63,479 bases of DNA, filler included, from Hyphochytrium catenoides (GCA_900088475.1; 9 parts of 9 records of this genome joined end to end with filler, not necessarily neighbours in it), one strand, 5' to 3'. Shown: positions 7,857-21,513, counted from the whole stretch's first letter. Translations and numbers: made by a program. Notes: generated by a model from the sequence alone, not told the origin.

Positions 7857-10208
7857 TTATGCGTTGTCGCCGCCCCAGTAGGTGTTCTTCAACTTAATCT
7901 TCTTCATCTCCCGCATATCCAGTTCAGCAGCCGCGCCTTCCGCACCCTCAGTGGCTGGTTGAGCATCATATGAGGACAAGCCAACTCTCGTCAGCAAGAG
8001 AAGAGGTAATCTGACGGATAATGCAATCGCACGACTGATGATGACGAGGTCAAAGCCTTACCCGTACGCCGAATCTCGGCGGCTATTGCGGCAGCGATGT
8101 TCCCCTTCTCCCGTGAGGCTTGTATTCCGAGCTCCCCCTCTTGCACTTCAGTCCGAAAGACCATAAAGAAAGGCTCCGCCGAGAGCAGAACGAATAAATT
8201 TCCTTCACAGTCAAATTGGACGCCGCCAATAGTAGCAGGGCACTCCACGTCAGAGGACAGCGGCGAGAGTGAGGATCCATCGGCGGCCAGCTGATAGAAG
8301 AAGAGTTGCTTCTTCCTGAGGTTCAAGAGAGAGAGAGACGGAAGTTAACGCCAAGCGCGAGAAGGTTGAGAGAAGGTTGAGAGGAGCTCGAAAAGGAAAG
8401 AGTTAAAAGATATTAGCATAGGCTGCGGAAGACAGCCTCCAAAGCGCTTTTACGTACGCGTAAGTCCCAACGGCGAGGAGTCTGGAGTTGGGGCAGAAAG
8501 CCATGCACGACGGAATAGTCTTCGATCTGTCTTCCCACCAATTTGACCACTTCTCCTCCTCTTCCCTCTTCCGCTTAGACTCATCCACAGCCTGAGGTTG
8601 CAACAGAAGTGAGAGGATGAGCGTGAGGGCATCATGAGGCGCGGGCAGTTGAGAAGACCATCGGGCAGAGTGCCGCGGGGATTGCAGTGTGACTTGGCGA
8701 GGCAGAGACAACTAAGAAATGGAGACTGTAGAGAGGAAATTAAGGGATACATAGAGAGAGATATGAGAAGGGTGGCCGTTCTTGGACGTAACCTCTTGTG
8801 GGAGCTCTTCCTTGTGTAGCTCCTTCCCTGCTTTGAAGTCCCAAAGGCGGATGGTCGTGTCGCCTGAGGCAGTGAGCAGCACAGACGGGTGCGCTGGGGG
8901 CAATATCATGGAAGAGATGAACCTTCGAGCGGTTAAGGAGAGACAGATAAACATTTTTATCGACCGACAGAGCCAGCCTTGAAGGAGCAGAGAGCTAGTG
9001 GGACGAAGGTGTGAAGGAGACAGAGATAGAATCAAGGGCGCCAAGACACGCCAGAGACAATAATGGGAAGTACGAGGTGGGAAGGGACAGCCACGCAAAG
9101 CACTGCAGCTAAGCAGGTAAACGGAACAGGAAGTAGAGGGAGATAGCTAGCGAATAGGTAGGAAGCGTAGCTGGTGCTAAGGATACTGCTTATGTCCAAG
9201 GCAGAAAGAATGAATGTTGCTAGTGCGCGGGAAGTGTGAAACGCGCACTTTCTCGTCCCTGTCCGCCGACAGCAGCAGCGTCTCTCCCTCCGCCATAGCC
9301 TGGACCACCGACCACCGGATATATCGTCAGCCGGTCAGCCACCCGCCTTTCTCATCATCTATTCGTCAGCACTCACCAGGGCGGTGATGATCGATGCAGT
9401 GTGGCCTAAGATTAGCTTGCTCCTGCCCTCTTCAGGACCCACAGAATATGCACGGACGTCACCCTGGCGCGCGAGACAAAGGGGACAAAAAGAGTGGGAG
9501 AGACTTCCGGTCAGCAGCAGATCTCCTACTATCCTGGCCTTGCCCTTTGACCTCTTTCTCTCCTTCCCTCTCCTCGTACCGTCTTGTCCCCAACCAGTAG
9601 CACCTCCTCGCTAGCTCCTTGCGGGCTGGAGATGGATGTGAAGGTGCAGGCAGAGGGCTTCTTGCTCGTTTGTCTAGAAGTAAAGTGAACCGTGAGGAGG
9701 AGGCCGTAGCAAGTGGGAAAGGGAGAGATACAATGAAAGTGAGAGAGAGCGGCGCAGAGAGAGAGAGGAGATGAGAGGAAGAAGAGAGAGAGGAGTCACA
9801 CGAGGACTAGGAAGAGCGGCACAAAGAACCTGCTGAACAGCAGCCTTCCCTCCGCGTCCCAGATCTTTGCGCATTTATCGTCGGCACAGCTGGCGAGGCT
9901 CCTGGATCGGGCACTGAAGGCGACGCATCGCACGGTCCCGCTATGTACCCGCGACTCGTCCCGCTCTGCCTTCACTTTGCCGGTCCTAGGGAGGAGGAGG
10001 AGGGGGAGTCAGTGCTGCGGGAAGAGCGAGAGATACAGCAAGAACAGGAACTGAGCAACACCTCCAGCAGGAGCTTCGGTAGGAAGAGATAGAGCGAGGA
10101 GAGGCACTCGGGATGGAGCGACTCTGACCTGAGGTTTGCGAGGATGACATGCGGCCCTGTCGCCACCGCGAGCAGTTCGCTGTCGGCTGAGATGGCGATG
10201 AGCGTCAT
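7857..10208 (-). CDS. WDR4: WD40 non-catalytic subunit of tRNA m7G46 methyltransferase (Trm82/WDR4); multi-exon
   Basis: Exons give SCADDKCAKIW, KKPSA, LGHTASIIT, LSADRDEKVRVSHFPRTSNIHSFCLGHKQFIS and LLTASGDTTIRLWDFKAGKEL, which are diagnostic Trm82 motifs. Confidence 0.9.
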
Positions 10209-10454
10209 GATGGGAGGGGAAGAGGAGACTGAGAGAGAAAGAGAGAGAGGAAGACAGAAAGAGAGAAGGGGCCCGGTGCAGCGGGGCTCTTGAGCGCCCC
10301 TTGACCTCTACAGACTGAGGTGCAGTGTGGTTCTATTGGAAGAGGAGGCTGACAGAATTGAAGGCTGACAGAGAGGCGGAGGGGAGCTATCCTAGTGGGC
10401 GACGGAGAGCGAGGACAGAGAAGGATGAAGCCTCTGAAAGAGCAGAGACGAAGT

Positions 10455-10582
10455 AAGGGTGAGGAAGAGAGAGAGAGAGAGGCAGATGGAGAGCGACAGA
10501 GAGAGAGAGAGAGAGGGAGAGGGAGAGAGAGAGAGAGGGAGAGGGAGAGAGAGAGAGGGAGAGAGAGAGAGAGAGAGAGAGA
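10455..10582. repeat. (GA)n microsatellite upstream of WDR4
   Basis: Visible GA dinucleotide run. Confidence 0.9.
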
Positions 10583-10860
10583 CAAACTTTCTGATTCTGA
10601 TGGCCACTGCCAAGCCCAGATATCTAAAATATACAGCTCTATATTAACGATAATAGGTCAAAGACACCCACACATTTTAAATAGTAAAAGTTGATCTCCC
10701 TCCTCTGCTAACCGACACAGCGCTGCTCCTGGTGCTCCACCTCCGCCTCCCTCCCTCTCCCTTTTCCCCTCCCTGGCAGCAGCAGGTCTCAAGCTGCGGG
10801 CCGCTCTCTGGTCGCTATCTACGCTCTCTTCCTCCGGCTGACGCCTCGCCCTCAGCCATC

Positions 10861-13800
10861 TCACTCCTGCTCCCTCATCTCTTCCCCAACACTCAGGCTC
10901 GCGCGCCGCAGCAGCTCCTCGCAACCAAGGATCCTTAACAGCGGCAGCTCGCCCCCCTCGATCTCTCCCAGGCATCGCATCAGAAGCGCGTCCTCGACAG
11001 CGGCAGCGCGATGTAGAAGCTCCCGCCAAAGCGCATCCAATTGGCGACAATCGGGTTTGAGACTCTTCAACATCTTCAGAGCCCGTGCTTCTGTGAACAA
11101 GCAGCGGGGAGATGCTTGGGCCGAGCTTCTTGCGCTTTCAAGAGCGTCGACCACCTGGCACACGTCTCCCTGGCCACGCCGACACCGCCGCCAGAGCAGT
11201 GCAGCCTTAAGGAGCATCCTGCGGCTTCGGTTCACGCAGAAGTGCGCATCTGAGAGGAAGTCCTCAACTCTTTGAAGAGCGGATGCCTCTCTGCCTCGAC
11301 GGAGGTCCCAGAAGGCGGGAACCAGCGCTGGGTCCAGGAGCGAGAGCTCTGTCAATGTCGCGTACGGTGAGCGCTGGAAGGTCTGCGGCTTGAGCGCCGT
11401 GAAGTCCAGCTGCTCCCTTGTTCGCTCCAGGTCAGCGGTGGAATTTGTGAGATAGGTGAGCCAGACCTTGACCGTCCGCGTCACAATCTGCAGGTAGAAG
11501 AGAAGGTGAGAGGAGGTGAGTGAGCCAGATGGAGGCAAATGGAGCTGACTAGTTATTGAAAAGCAAGTCTTGCAAGGCGTTACTATCAATCGGCTTACAT
11601 TGAGTTCCTTATGCAGCGAGTAGTGCAGGACTTTGCTCCGGGAAGCGATGAAAGTCCGCAGCTGCTGCTCAAACTCTTCGACCAGCTCCAACGCCTCCTG
11701 CGTCCGGTTCACTTCCAAATAAAAATTGCATAGCAGCAGCACCGCGCGCTCGCAGGTCAGAGGATGGAAAGGTAGGGATCGCAGCAACCGCAGCGCCTCA
11801 TCAGCTAGTTGGCTAGCCGCCGTCATTCCCCCTTTCCGACACTGAAGAAGAGCACGGCGAAGGAGTGCAAGTAGTGCAAGGTCCATACCATAAGCGGCGA
11901 TGAGCTCAGCAGATATCTCGACAGGACTGGCCGCGTAGAGCGATTGGATGGTCTCACAGCGCGTCTCTGCTGCTTGAAATTCCCCTCGGAGGAGATGCAG
12001 AGAGCACAGCTGCTCAAGAGCCTTCACTAATGGAGGTAGAGAGCCCAATGCCCTTGCCTTCTGATAAAACTCCTCGCAGACTTGACCGGTCTTGAAGTAT
12101 TGCGCGTCATCCGGGACCAGCCGCGTGATCAGGCAGAATGCTAAGTCGAGGGATGGGTGAAAGAAGGAAGAGAACAATAGGTGTTTAGAGCTTAGAGAGA
12201 GCTCCCATCGGCAGGCGACGCGAGAGAAGCGACGACAATGAAGAAACTAACAGCAGACAGTGGGGATATTGGCATGAAAGGCAAGAGAACAGGAATGGCA
12301 CTACTAGGTCATCTGAGTCATGAGTTTTCACATCCACCGCGAAAGAAGAGACAGAGTCAGCGAGCTACCTACCCATGCCTCCTAGGATGTCGAGCTGCAG
12401 GCGAGGTGGCACTGCTACCATAAAGCCAGCTGCTCGTTGGAAGCAGGCTGCGTACTCTCTAAACTCTCGGCGAAAGAAGTGGACCCTGGAGAGCAGCAGT
12501 AACAGAGAGACTTGCGCCTCCGCATCCACTGCACAGATCCCCTCTGCATCCTCAACCCCGCACTGTTGTGCGGCAGATAGAAGATTCTTGGATTCCTCTA
12601 ACATTCCAGCATCCATCAGCGCCCGTCCTCGCTCCAGCAGCAGGCGGAAGGCTCTGGCCGGGCTGGTGCTTCGGATCCAATGGAACATCAGGCCTCCCTC
12701 TAGCCCCACAAGCCCGGCGTCTGAGAGCTCCTGCAATGCCTCCGCAATCTTTTGGTGGTAAATTTTTCTCTGAGCGTCCGGGATAACGGAGTAGATAACC
12801 TCATGGAAAATTGAATGAGTGAAAGAGTATACTCGGTCCTCCTCGTGCAGCTTCTTCAGCTCCAACTCAGGGTTCTCCTGCACCATCCCATGGAGCACCG
12901 TCATTCCGAGCACGAGATCCAGATCCATCTGTTCCGATTCATGCAGGGTCCGGACCAGAGTAGCTGAGAAGTCAAAGCCAATTACACTAGCAGACTTGAG
13001 CACAAGCTGCTCCGGCGGTGTTAGAGCGTCAAAGCGCGTTAGGATCAGGTCCTTCACACCGGTCGGAAGCTCCAGGAAGTCCAGCCGATCGGTCAAGATA
13101 CACTCTCCTCCCTTCACTAAGAGGTAGCCCTGCTGGAGCAAGACCTTCAATAGGGTGGTGAGGGCGATTGGATGTCCTTCTGTCCGCTCATGTAGCCAGT
13201 CGACCAGTTGCTCTGGTACATGACGGACGTTCATGATCTCTAGACACGCTTTCAAGCATGCCGCTCGGTCGAGCTCGCCCAAATGGATCTCATCCGTGTT
13301 CCGATGGTGCCCCACAGCCTAGATCAGGCAAGTAGTCAGGTCTCCAAATAAACAGAGAGCTCGGTAGTAGGATGTCAACGCAAGAGTTTGTCCTATCGAC
13401 AGCCAAGAACCGCCGCCGATAGAAAGAAACAAGGGCAAGAGCTGCCAGAGGAGAGTAAAGACAAAGGGACTGATCACCACATTCGTTGGCTCACCTCCAC
13501 AATATTTAGGCTTTCATTGTTCACCACCGTGTATCGCGTCGTGAGAAGAACAAGCACTTTCTTAGGAAACTTGTTAAGGATGCGGAGAATGAGCTCCCAA
13601 GAGACCTTATCTAGCCAGTGCCCGTCCTCCACCATCAGAACTAGTGACCGCCTGTTTAGCACGAACTTCTTTAGAAAGCCGGTAACTAATTCGTTGGACA
13701 TCCATAGCCGCTCTTTGCCTACAGGGTTAAAGGGAACGAATGAGGAGACGTCAGCAAGAAGTAAGACGATGACATTCTCATTCGCAGACCAGAGGAAGGA

Positions 13801-16800
13801 GCTACCGCAGTGGACTGTACATACGTAGCCTTAGTTCTGGTTGCTAAGATAAAGACAATATAGGCGCGGCTGACTCAGGGCAGAGGGAATGGTGCAAGCT
13901 TGAGGAACAGAGGACGCATAGAATGGTGGCGTCTCAAAGGGAGAAATAAATCGGGAGAACACTGCTGTTCCCTGACCTTTCAACTGTGCTGTCACTTCTG
14001 TCTCCTTACAGCGCACCCATGGAAGAACCAGACTGATCAGCGGGCTCAAGGCCGTCAGTTGAGGGCATTCGTGCAGCATGCACCGCAGAGTGCGCTCAGC
14101 AAGAGGAAGTGCCGTCTTCAAATCACCGTTTTCTGGGTAGTCATTCTTCCTAATCTCAGCGCCTCTTTCCTCCTCGTCTTCCAGGCCTAGCAGGATCTTT
14201 TTGAGCGAACCCTTCTCATAGCTTCCGCGCTTTTGACGGAGGCGAACAATGGCCTGAATGAGCTCCTTGCCTAGAAAGTTGATGTTGGAGCTCTCCTCAG
14301 GGGAGGCGTTGACAGTTATAACCTATGGTATCGATCACCTTAGATTCCGCACCCTCGCCATGACAGTAGGCACATGAAGGCTAAGCAAGAAAGAGTGGAA
14401 AAGAACTAGAAGACACTGAGAGCGCAGCATGAAAGATCACTGCTCAAAAGACCGGCCATGACACGACACAATGACGGTATGACGGTCACCACATGAACAG
14501 GGATGAAAACAACTAGAAGATGCTCCACCACCTCCGGCCCTGCGGACTGCAGGTAATTTTCCTTAGCCTTCTGCAGAAGTCGCGACTTTCCAAACCCGGC
14601 GTTAGCACAAATCAGCACGCAGCCGCCCCTCTTTCCTTTCTTGAGCTGTCTGATCCGTTTGTCTATGAGCTCTACCTCCTTGTCGCGCCCTACAAGGAGC
14701 TTCAGGGAGGAATGTCGTTCGATTCCTGGCTGGTCACTACTTGAAAAGCACGTTAAATGGGAGGGGACAACGTAAGGGAAGGGATAGGCATGACGACGGC
14801 AAGGGAGTAGGCACTCTTTATGTAGAATGGAACTCACAGCTGAATCAACTGCAGGGGTCAATACATCTATGAGAGGATGACCTTATGATGTGGACAAAAA
14901 CTTACTCGGAAAGTCTTTGTGGAAAAGGCTTGTATGCCGAGACAACTCCAGGGTAGCCTTTAGCAGCTATTGGTTCGCTTTTTTCAAAAGTCAATGAAGG
15001 ATCTTGCTTGCAAACATCATAAGTCTAGGACAGCAGTGACAGGATTGAGTGGAGAGGTATGATAAACATGGCATTAGTGACTTTGGAAAATCATAGGCAA
15101 GGCTGAGAAGAGGAATCACAGATTTTTAGAGAGCGGACGTAGGGAGAGCAGTTCCAGGCACAAGACAGAAAATTGGAACACAACGAAGGCCATCCGAGCC
15201 CATAGAAAGACGACCCCTCCCACCTGCTGGTCACAGAGGATACCCTCGTTCGACTCTGACGCCATCAGAGCCGCGCTGAGGTTGACGCTGGGTCCAATGA
15301 CGCAATATTCGCACCTCTCCACAGAGCCTACTAATCCGCAGTGCACATCTCCGTACGTGACCCCAATCTTGGACGTCAGGCCCCTTTCCTGTAGCTCTTC
15401 TCGAACGTCCAACGCGCAGAGGAGCCCTCGCCGCGCGTCATCGCGATGCTTCAGGCCCGGCAGCCCAAAAGTTCCGATGAGAACGGTTCCCTTGTCATCC
15501 ACAATAAATTGTCTGAGCTCACCGCCCGCGCGTCTAAGTGCTGTGACTACCAGAGAGAGAGTCTTTTGCATGGCAGGCAGAGGCCCAATCTCCTCCTTGA
15601 GGATTGATAGAGAAGACTGACTGATGGAGATAAAAAGAACAGCCACTGGTCGGAGCTCAGAGATCATTTCTCCAATGGGATCACTCAGCGTCTGGACTAT
15701 AGACCTGCGAGCGCATTCTGGCACGTAACCTGCGCAATGCAGCATTACAAACGCCGAGAGAAAACCGTGAGTATCGATACAATGGCAAATGACGGGAGGA
15801 GGAGATGATGACAAAGTGCCCAACTCATTATAAAATCAAAAGGTCGAATTCTCAACCGACTATGGAGGTGAGACAGAAAAAAAGTTAAGACAAACGAACT
15901 GTCGAAGCCGCCGAGGAGACTAAGAGAGATATAAGAGATTGGCTGGATGAATCCCTCAAAGAAGAAAAGTCCGCCAATAAGGTGGATACGATAGCACTCC
16001 TGTCCCACCTCTAAGAATCGGTTCAATGTCTCCGTGATAAGTAGGCGTCTCGTTCTCCGTTAGCTGCAGAGAGCTGGACCGCCGCAGTCCGGGAGCAAAA
16101 GACAGAATCCTCACGGTTCCGGTGTACAGCTCTTCCCCCTGGTACATGTCCCTATGTTTGCCCAGCAACTGCCAGGTTTGAGGAGAAAGACAAAGCTGGC
16201 GTAACACGGGTCAAATAGTTTGTCAAAGGAACAAAATGAAACAGAGTAAGACGCTAAGGAGGCGGCGTATAGAGGTTATAAGTTACAGGCGCGGCGTACT
16301 ATCAAGGATGAAGGATATCAAGAGGTCAGGCCAACGATATAGATAATGGGGAGGTGGCCTCGTGGTCCTACCTGTTGGGAGCCTGCTTCTCTCTCTGCGG
16401 CGGTCACCTGGGTTATCGGTTCTCCTTCACTGACAAACTCCCAACGCCCTTTGGAACCTACATAGTAGGCAACCATCTCTCCAGAGCCAACCCCGCCATG
16501 TATAGTAAGCTCCAGCGGCTCAGAGCTTGAAATGGAAGGAGACAGGGAGGGAGAAAACCCATCGTCCACCTCGTCCTTGACAAGAAAGGAGCCAAATTTC
16601 TCGAACATCTCAACAGCACAGGAGACCGCGACCTCGGCCGTGTCTCTCTCGTCTCTCATCTCTGTAGCCCTCCACCAGATAAATATTGCGTCACCTATGA
16701 GCCCACGAGCGAGGTAGAGATCAGCAAAGCACACAGAGCGATCAGAAGCAATAGAGAAGACAGATAAGGCCACTGGCAGGGACGGCAGTGGACAACAAGA

Positions 16801-17945
16801 GCGACTTCATGTCGGAAAGCTATGGACACGATGAATGTCATGGGCCAGGGTCTGAGTGGTACAACCATTGGTGCCTAGTTATTGTCGCATACCTGCAAAC
16901 TTGAGGACATCCCCACCGTGTCGGAAGACCAGTTCCAGAAGCCTCTCAAGATAAGAGTTGATAAAGAAGTTCAGCTTGTCCGCTGCTTGCTCAGGTCTAA
17001 AGCTCTCTCTCAGCCTTTCTCCCAGTATGGTGGAGCCGCTGATGTCGATGAACAGCATCGTTCCTCTCATCCGCTCCAAGTGAGGCGCAGCACGCCGGCA
17101 AAAGAGGGCGGCGCCTGAAGCTGAAGAGGAAGGATCCACCGTCGGACTCTGTAGATTGATGTTGTCGCTGATCCGCCGACCAACCACCGGTGGGTCCGGC
17201 AGGAGATAGAGGTTGCAGTGGTCCATGACCAGCCTGTGGGGAGAATGATATGTGAGACTGAGACATACTAGGCCGAGAGGAAGAAGGTAAAGAGCGGAGA
17301 TAAAGAGAGGAGACGGAGATAAAGAGAGGCAGCCAGAAGAGAAATGGAGGGCAAGAAGACGAGGGATTGATCGAGGTCACAAGGCGTCGAGAGCAAGAGT
17401 CCATAGGGTAAGGAAGAGAGATCCCTAGACACAAGGAGGAGAGGTCACTTAACACAAGCTTACACGCACTGCTGTTAAAAGAAGAGGGACACATATCCCC
17501 AAAAAGAAGAAGCAGCGAGCACTCGATGAACAGAAGAACGGCGGGCACGCTGAGTATACCGCTGCTTAGCTCCACCGCCTTACCTAGGGACAAACGGTGC
17601 GTAGGCGGTAATGAGCCGCTCTTGAACGTCAGCTCTATCCAGCGCCGCATCATAGAGAAGTGAGTCTTCTCCTGCCGGTCTCTCCGAGGAGAGAGGCGAA
17701 GGGATCTGCTGGTAGTGGAAGATCTGTCTGAGAGACGATGGAGAGTCAATGGAAGAAGGAGACGTGGTTGAGCCATCACTGGCCTCAGAGAGGGATTTTC
17801 TCAAGAAAGAAAAGTCTCTCTCCCTGTCTCTTTCCGGTTCCCCGGCGCGCCAAAGCCGGCTCAGCCTGCGTGTGAGGCCCGTCGTAGTCTCTCTCTCCCT
17901 CATGCTGCTTAGCGCTGAGATGGTGAGGAGAGGGGCTGCTGCCAT
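10861..17945 (-). CDS. Soluble adenylyl cyclase (ADCY10)-family nucleotidyl cyclase: two class III cyclase domains, STAND/AAA NTPase, helical repeats; multi-exon
   Basis: C1: MLFIDISGST, HGGDVLKFAGDA. C2: LRQFIVDDKG, KIGVTYGDVHCGLVGS, EYCVIGPSVNLSA. NTPase: LVGRDKE, ANAGFGKS, LVLMVEDGHWLD, RTEGHP, LKSASVIG, YSFTH. The N-terminal exon is S/R-rich and the start codon is tentative. Confidence 0.88.
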
Positions 17946-17999
17946 GAGTTAGAAGCAAGGTAGAGCCGACCCTGGAGCTGTGTCAATGTCTCTGCTAGC

Positions 18000-18099
18000 N
18001 NNNNNNNNNNNNNNNNNNNNNNNNNNNNNNNNNNNNNNNNNNNTTAATTAATTAANNNNNNNNNNNNNNNNNNNNNNNNNNNNNNNNNNNNNNNNNNNN
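18000..18099. other. Artificial contig spacer
   Basis: N44-TTAATTAATTAA-N44. Confidence 0.97.
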
Positions 18100-18121
18100 T
18101 CTCTCTCTCTCTTCTCTCTCG

Positions 18122-18152
<31 letters not shown>

Positions 18153-18522
18153 TCTCTCTTTCTCTCTCTCTCTGTCCCTCTCCCCCTACACCCTACTCTC
18201 CTTTTGCAGTGTTAACAAACCACCTATAAAACCTTTATAAAAATGTCCTCATCGATATTAGAGTTAACATGCCTCCCGCAGCAGCGCGAGAGGCGACCTC
18301 ACTGGCTCAGCAGAAAGCCCTAACTATCCACCAGCACCGCAGGACATCATTCCATCATCAAGCTCACTACTCACTCTCCACATATAAAGGCAATGATGCC
18401 AAGGTGCCAGGCAAGCCAAAGCGGCAAAAAGAGCAATCTCTCTCTCCTCCTAGAGACGATGACGATGAAGCCATGAGGGCAGTGGTGGTTGAGGAGAGGG
18501 CTTGCTCTTTCTGAGAAGAAGG

Positions 18523-18582
<60 letters not shown>

Positions 18583-19020
18583 TGCCATCTCTTCTTTTGT
18601 CATTGTCTCCTGACGGGACGTGTGAGAGTGAACGCTGGCTTTCTCTTGATGAGCAGAGAAACGTCTCTCTCTTCTGTGCTCTTCTACATGATGTGTCTCT
18701 TCCCTAGTTCCTCCTCCTTCACTCCGAGCTACTGGTGGCAGCTGTCGTCTCTTGGATAAGAGGAAAGCGAAAAAGAAGAAGAGAGAAACATCGCTCAAGA
18801 TTTTGGCTCTTCTTCTTCTCTCTTCTTCCTCGTCGCAAGCTGCTGCTGCGGCCGGAGGAGAGAGAAGAGAGAAGGAGGAAGAGGAGATGACTTCTCTTCT
18901 GCTTATAATAATAAGACGGGCATCTCTAAAGTTTGACAAAGGTTTATTCAGGGAGATGGCAGGCTCCTAGCAGCGAGAAGAAGAGGAGACACCTCCCCTC
19001 ATCTCTCTTCTTCAGCTCTG

Positions 19021-19057
<37 letters not shown>

Positions 19058-19801
19058 TTCTTGTTCCAATATTCTTAGAGCTGCGACATAAGAAAAGAGT
19101 GAAAAAGATAGAGAGAAGGAGGACGAAAGCCTCCTTTGCCATTGACAGGGAGAGGAAGTGCTGCGGTGCTGTGATATAGCGCAAGAGGAGAGAGACCGGG
19201 AGAGAGAGAGAAAGACCACCGACAAGGAACTTTCTCCAAAGCAAAGAGAGAGAGGGAAGCATCAGCAGGTAATAATAATAAGACCTTGGAGAGAAAGAGG
19301 AGAGAGAGTACCTTCTTCTTCTCTTTCTCGCGTTGTATATATAGATAAGTCATAATGGGAGTCGTCGCGATAAAGGAAGAAGAAAGTCTTCAAGAACCTT
19401 GAAGATCTGGTGCAGATAATTCTGATAGAGAAACAGTCTCTCTGCTGCGTGGCCTTTGATTGCCGCCCGCCGCCAGAGAAGAGATCAATAAATATATGTT
19501 TTATAATAGGAGGAGAGAGAACAGAGAGAGAGAGAGAGAAGGTAGGGGGGAATGTGGAGAGAGAGAGAGACAGAGAGGGACAGAGAGAGACAGACAGAGA
19601 GAGAGAGAGGGAGAGAGAGAGAGAGAGCCAGACAGAGGGAGAGAGAGAGAAGAAGAAGAAGAAGAAGAAGAAAAACTGTGGTGTAGGTGGTATTTACCAG
19701 GTAGATACCGGGGTGGGTGTAGCAAAAAGATAAGCAGCAGTTACACGTTTTCTCTCTCTGGTCCCCCTCCTCCTCTCTCCTCCTTTCTCCTCCCTCCCTA
19801 G

Positions 19802-19844
<43 letters not shown>

Positions 19845-20168
19845 TTCCTTAACCAACTCTTCTCTTCTCTCACACTACTGCGCCTGCTCTCTGTCTATTA
19901 TTATGTGTGTCTCTCTCCTCTCTCTTTCTCTCTTTTCGTCTCTTCTTGTTTTTTCTCTCTCTGGTGCTGCTGCCTCTTCTCTTCCCTCGCTTCCCGTCTT
20001 CGTGTTTCTCTCTCTCCTCTCAACCACCACGGGCCCTGCAGCATTAGCTTACACCGCAGACCACCGTTCTCCTCCAGGCCCTCGACCGAGGTAATAAGAT
20101 CAGCTTTCTCTTCCCTCTTTCTTTCCTTCGTCATCTCCCTCTTGTTGTCTCTCTCTCTCTCTCTCTCT
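18100..20168. repeat. Contig dominated by (GA)n/(CT)n/(GAA)n simple repeats; no supportable gene
   Basis: Multiple GA, CT and GAA runs. ORFs are poly-ER/poly-LS artefacts. Confidence 0.7.
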
Positions 20169-20268
20169 NNNNNNNNNNNNNNNNNNNNNNNNNNNNNNNN
20201 NNNNNNNNNNNNTTAATTAATTAANNNNNNNNNNNNNNNNNNNNNNNNNNNNNNNNNNNNNNNNNNNN
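20169..20268. other. Artificial contig spacer
   Basis: N44-TTAATTAATTAA-N44. Confidence 0.97.
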
Positions 20269-21072
20269 TCTCTCTCTCTCTCTCTCTCCCCTCTCCCCCC
20301 CTATAAAAAGATCACAGCGGCAGTCGTTTTTGTGTCTCTCAGCGCAGCTTCAAAGCCCACGCTTCCCTCTAAGGGACATGCTGGCCGTTTTCCCCTGAAT
20401 CCAGATGGTAAAACTTATCAAGAGGGGTCACAAAGCAGACCAAGCGTCTTATTGAGAATGTTAGAGGTAATATCCCGAATTAAATTCAATCTGTCCTGGA
20501 TACAGAGCTAGGGGTCCCGCCTACTTGAACTTTGCAAGCTGCTCCACTCTGTCTTGCACTTTCATCCTTAACACATCTCAGCCCTCAACTGCCCAAACAT
20601 TAGTGTTTGCCTATGTGACTCTGGCTTCTCTTTTGGATGATTGGCGTCTCTCTTTCCAGCTTTCATCGCATCTCCTTCGCTATCTCTCAAACTATTCCTA
20701 CTCTGTCTCTTAGTCTAGTGGCATAATGTATACTCATCGGGAGCTTCCGTTTACCTCGTGACGCTCTTTCTTGATTTCCTTGCTTCTGTCTCGCCCAACT
20801 TTTGCAATCTGTACAAACTGACACTCTATCTCCTGACTATCACCCCGTCTTCCTACATCTTGCCGCCTCTAATTGGGGTTCTCTTCGTCACTCTGTCTCT
20901 CATTCACAAATAGTTAGATCACAGTCATTGGCCTATCTCAGTCTCTGCTCTGGCTCAGTGTTAGTGTAGCTCTTTCTCCCGAAGGTTGTTTCTGAAAGGT
21001 TCTCAAGTGTTCTCAATCATCAGCACAAACAGACAGGTGGGAGATGACAACTGCAGGAGAGAGAGAGAAAGA

Positions 21073-21115
<43 letters not shown>

Positions 21116-21513
21116 TAGAGATCGAAGCTGAAAGAGATCGCCATGCTAGTGCAGACGAATGTATGTCTCCCGAAGTGTCTTTTCTTGAAGCTGTGCCCTT
21201 TCTCTCTTCTCTCCCACGCGCGTGTCGCGGCGTGTCTCTACTTGCGACCTCTGTCTCACCCTTTTGCTGAAAGCTTTCCTAGTGCGTGCCCGTGAGCTCT
21301 AGAGTGCCATCTTGCTAGGTAGTGCTCGTAGAGGAGGTTGGCACTCTGAGCGAGAAGGAGAGAAAAGGGCAAAGAGCACCACTAGCCGGCAGAAAGAAGA
21401 GAGGAGGAGAGAGAGAGAGAGACTCTGGGTGGAGACATATACTTAGCAAAGTGCATAACCCTTGAAGAGCGAAGGACGAAGCACCATCGATAGCAGAGAT
21501 CCCAGTGCTTACG

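Noticed and set aside
18100-20168. Poly-ER / poly-LS ORFs
   Set aside because: Translations of GA/CT microsatellites.
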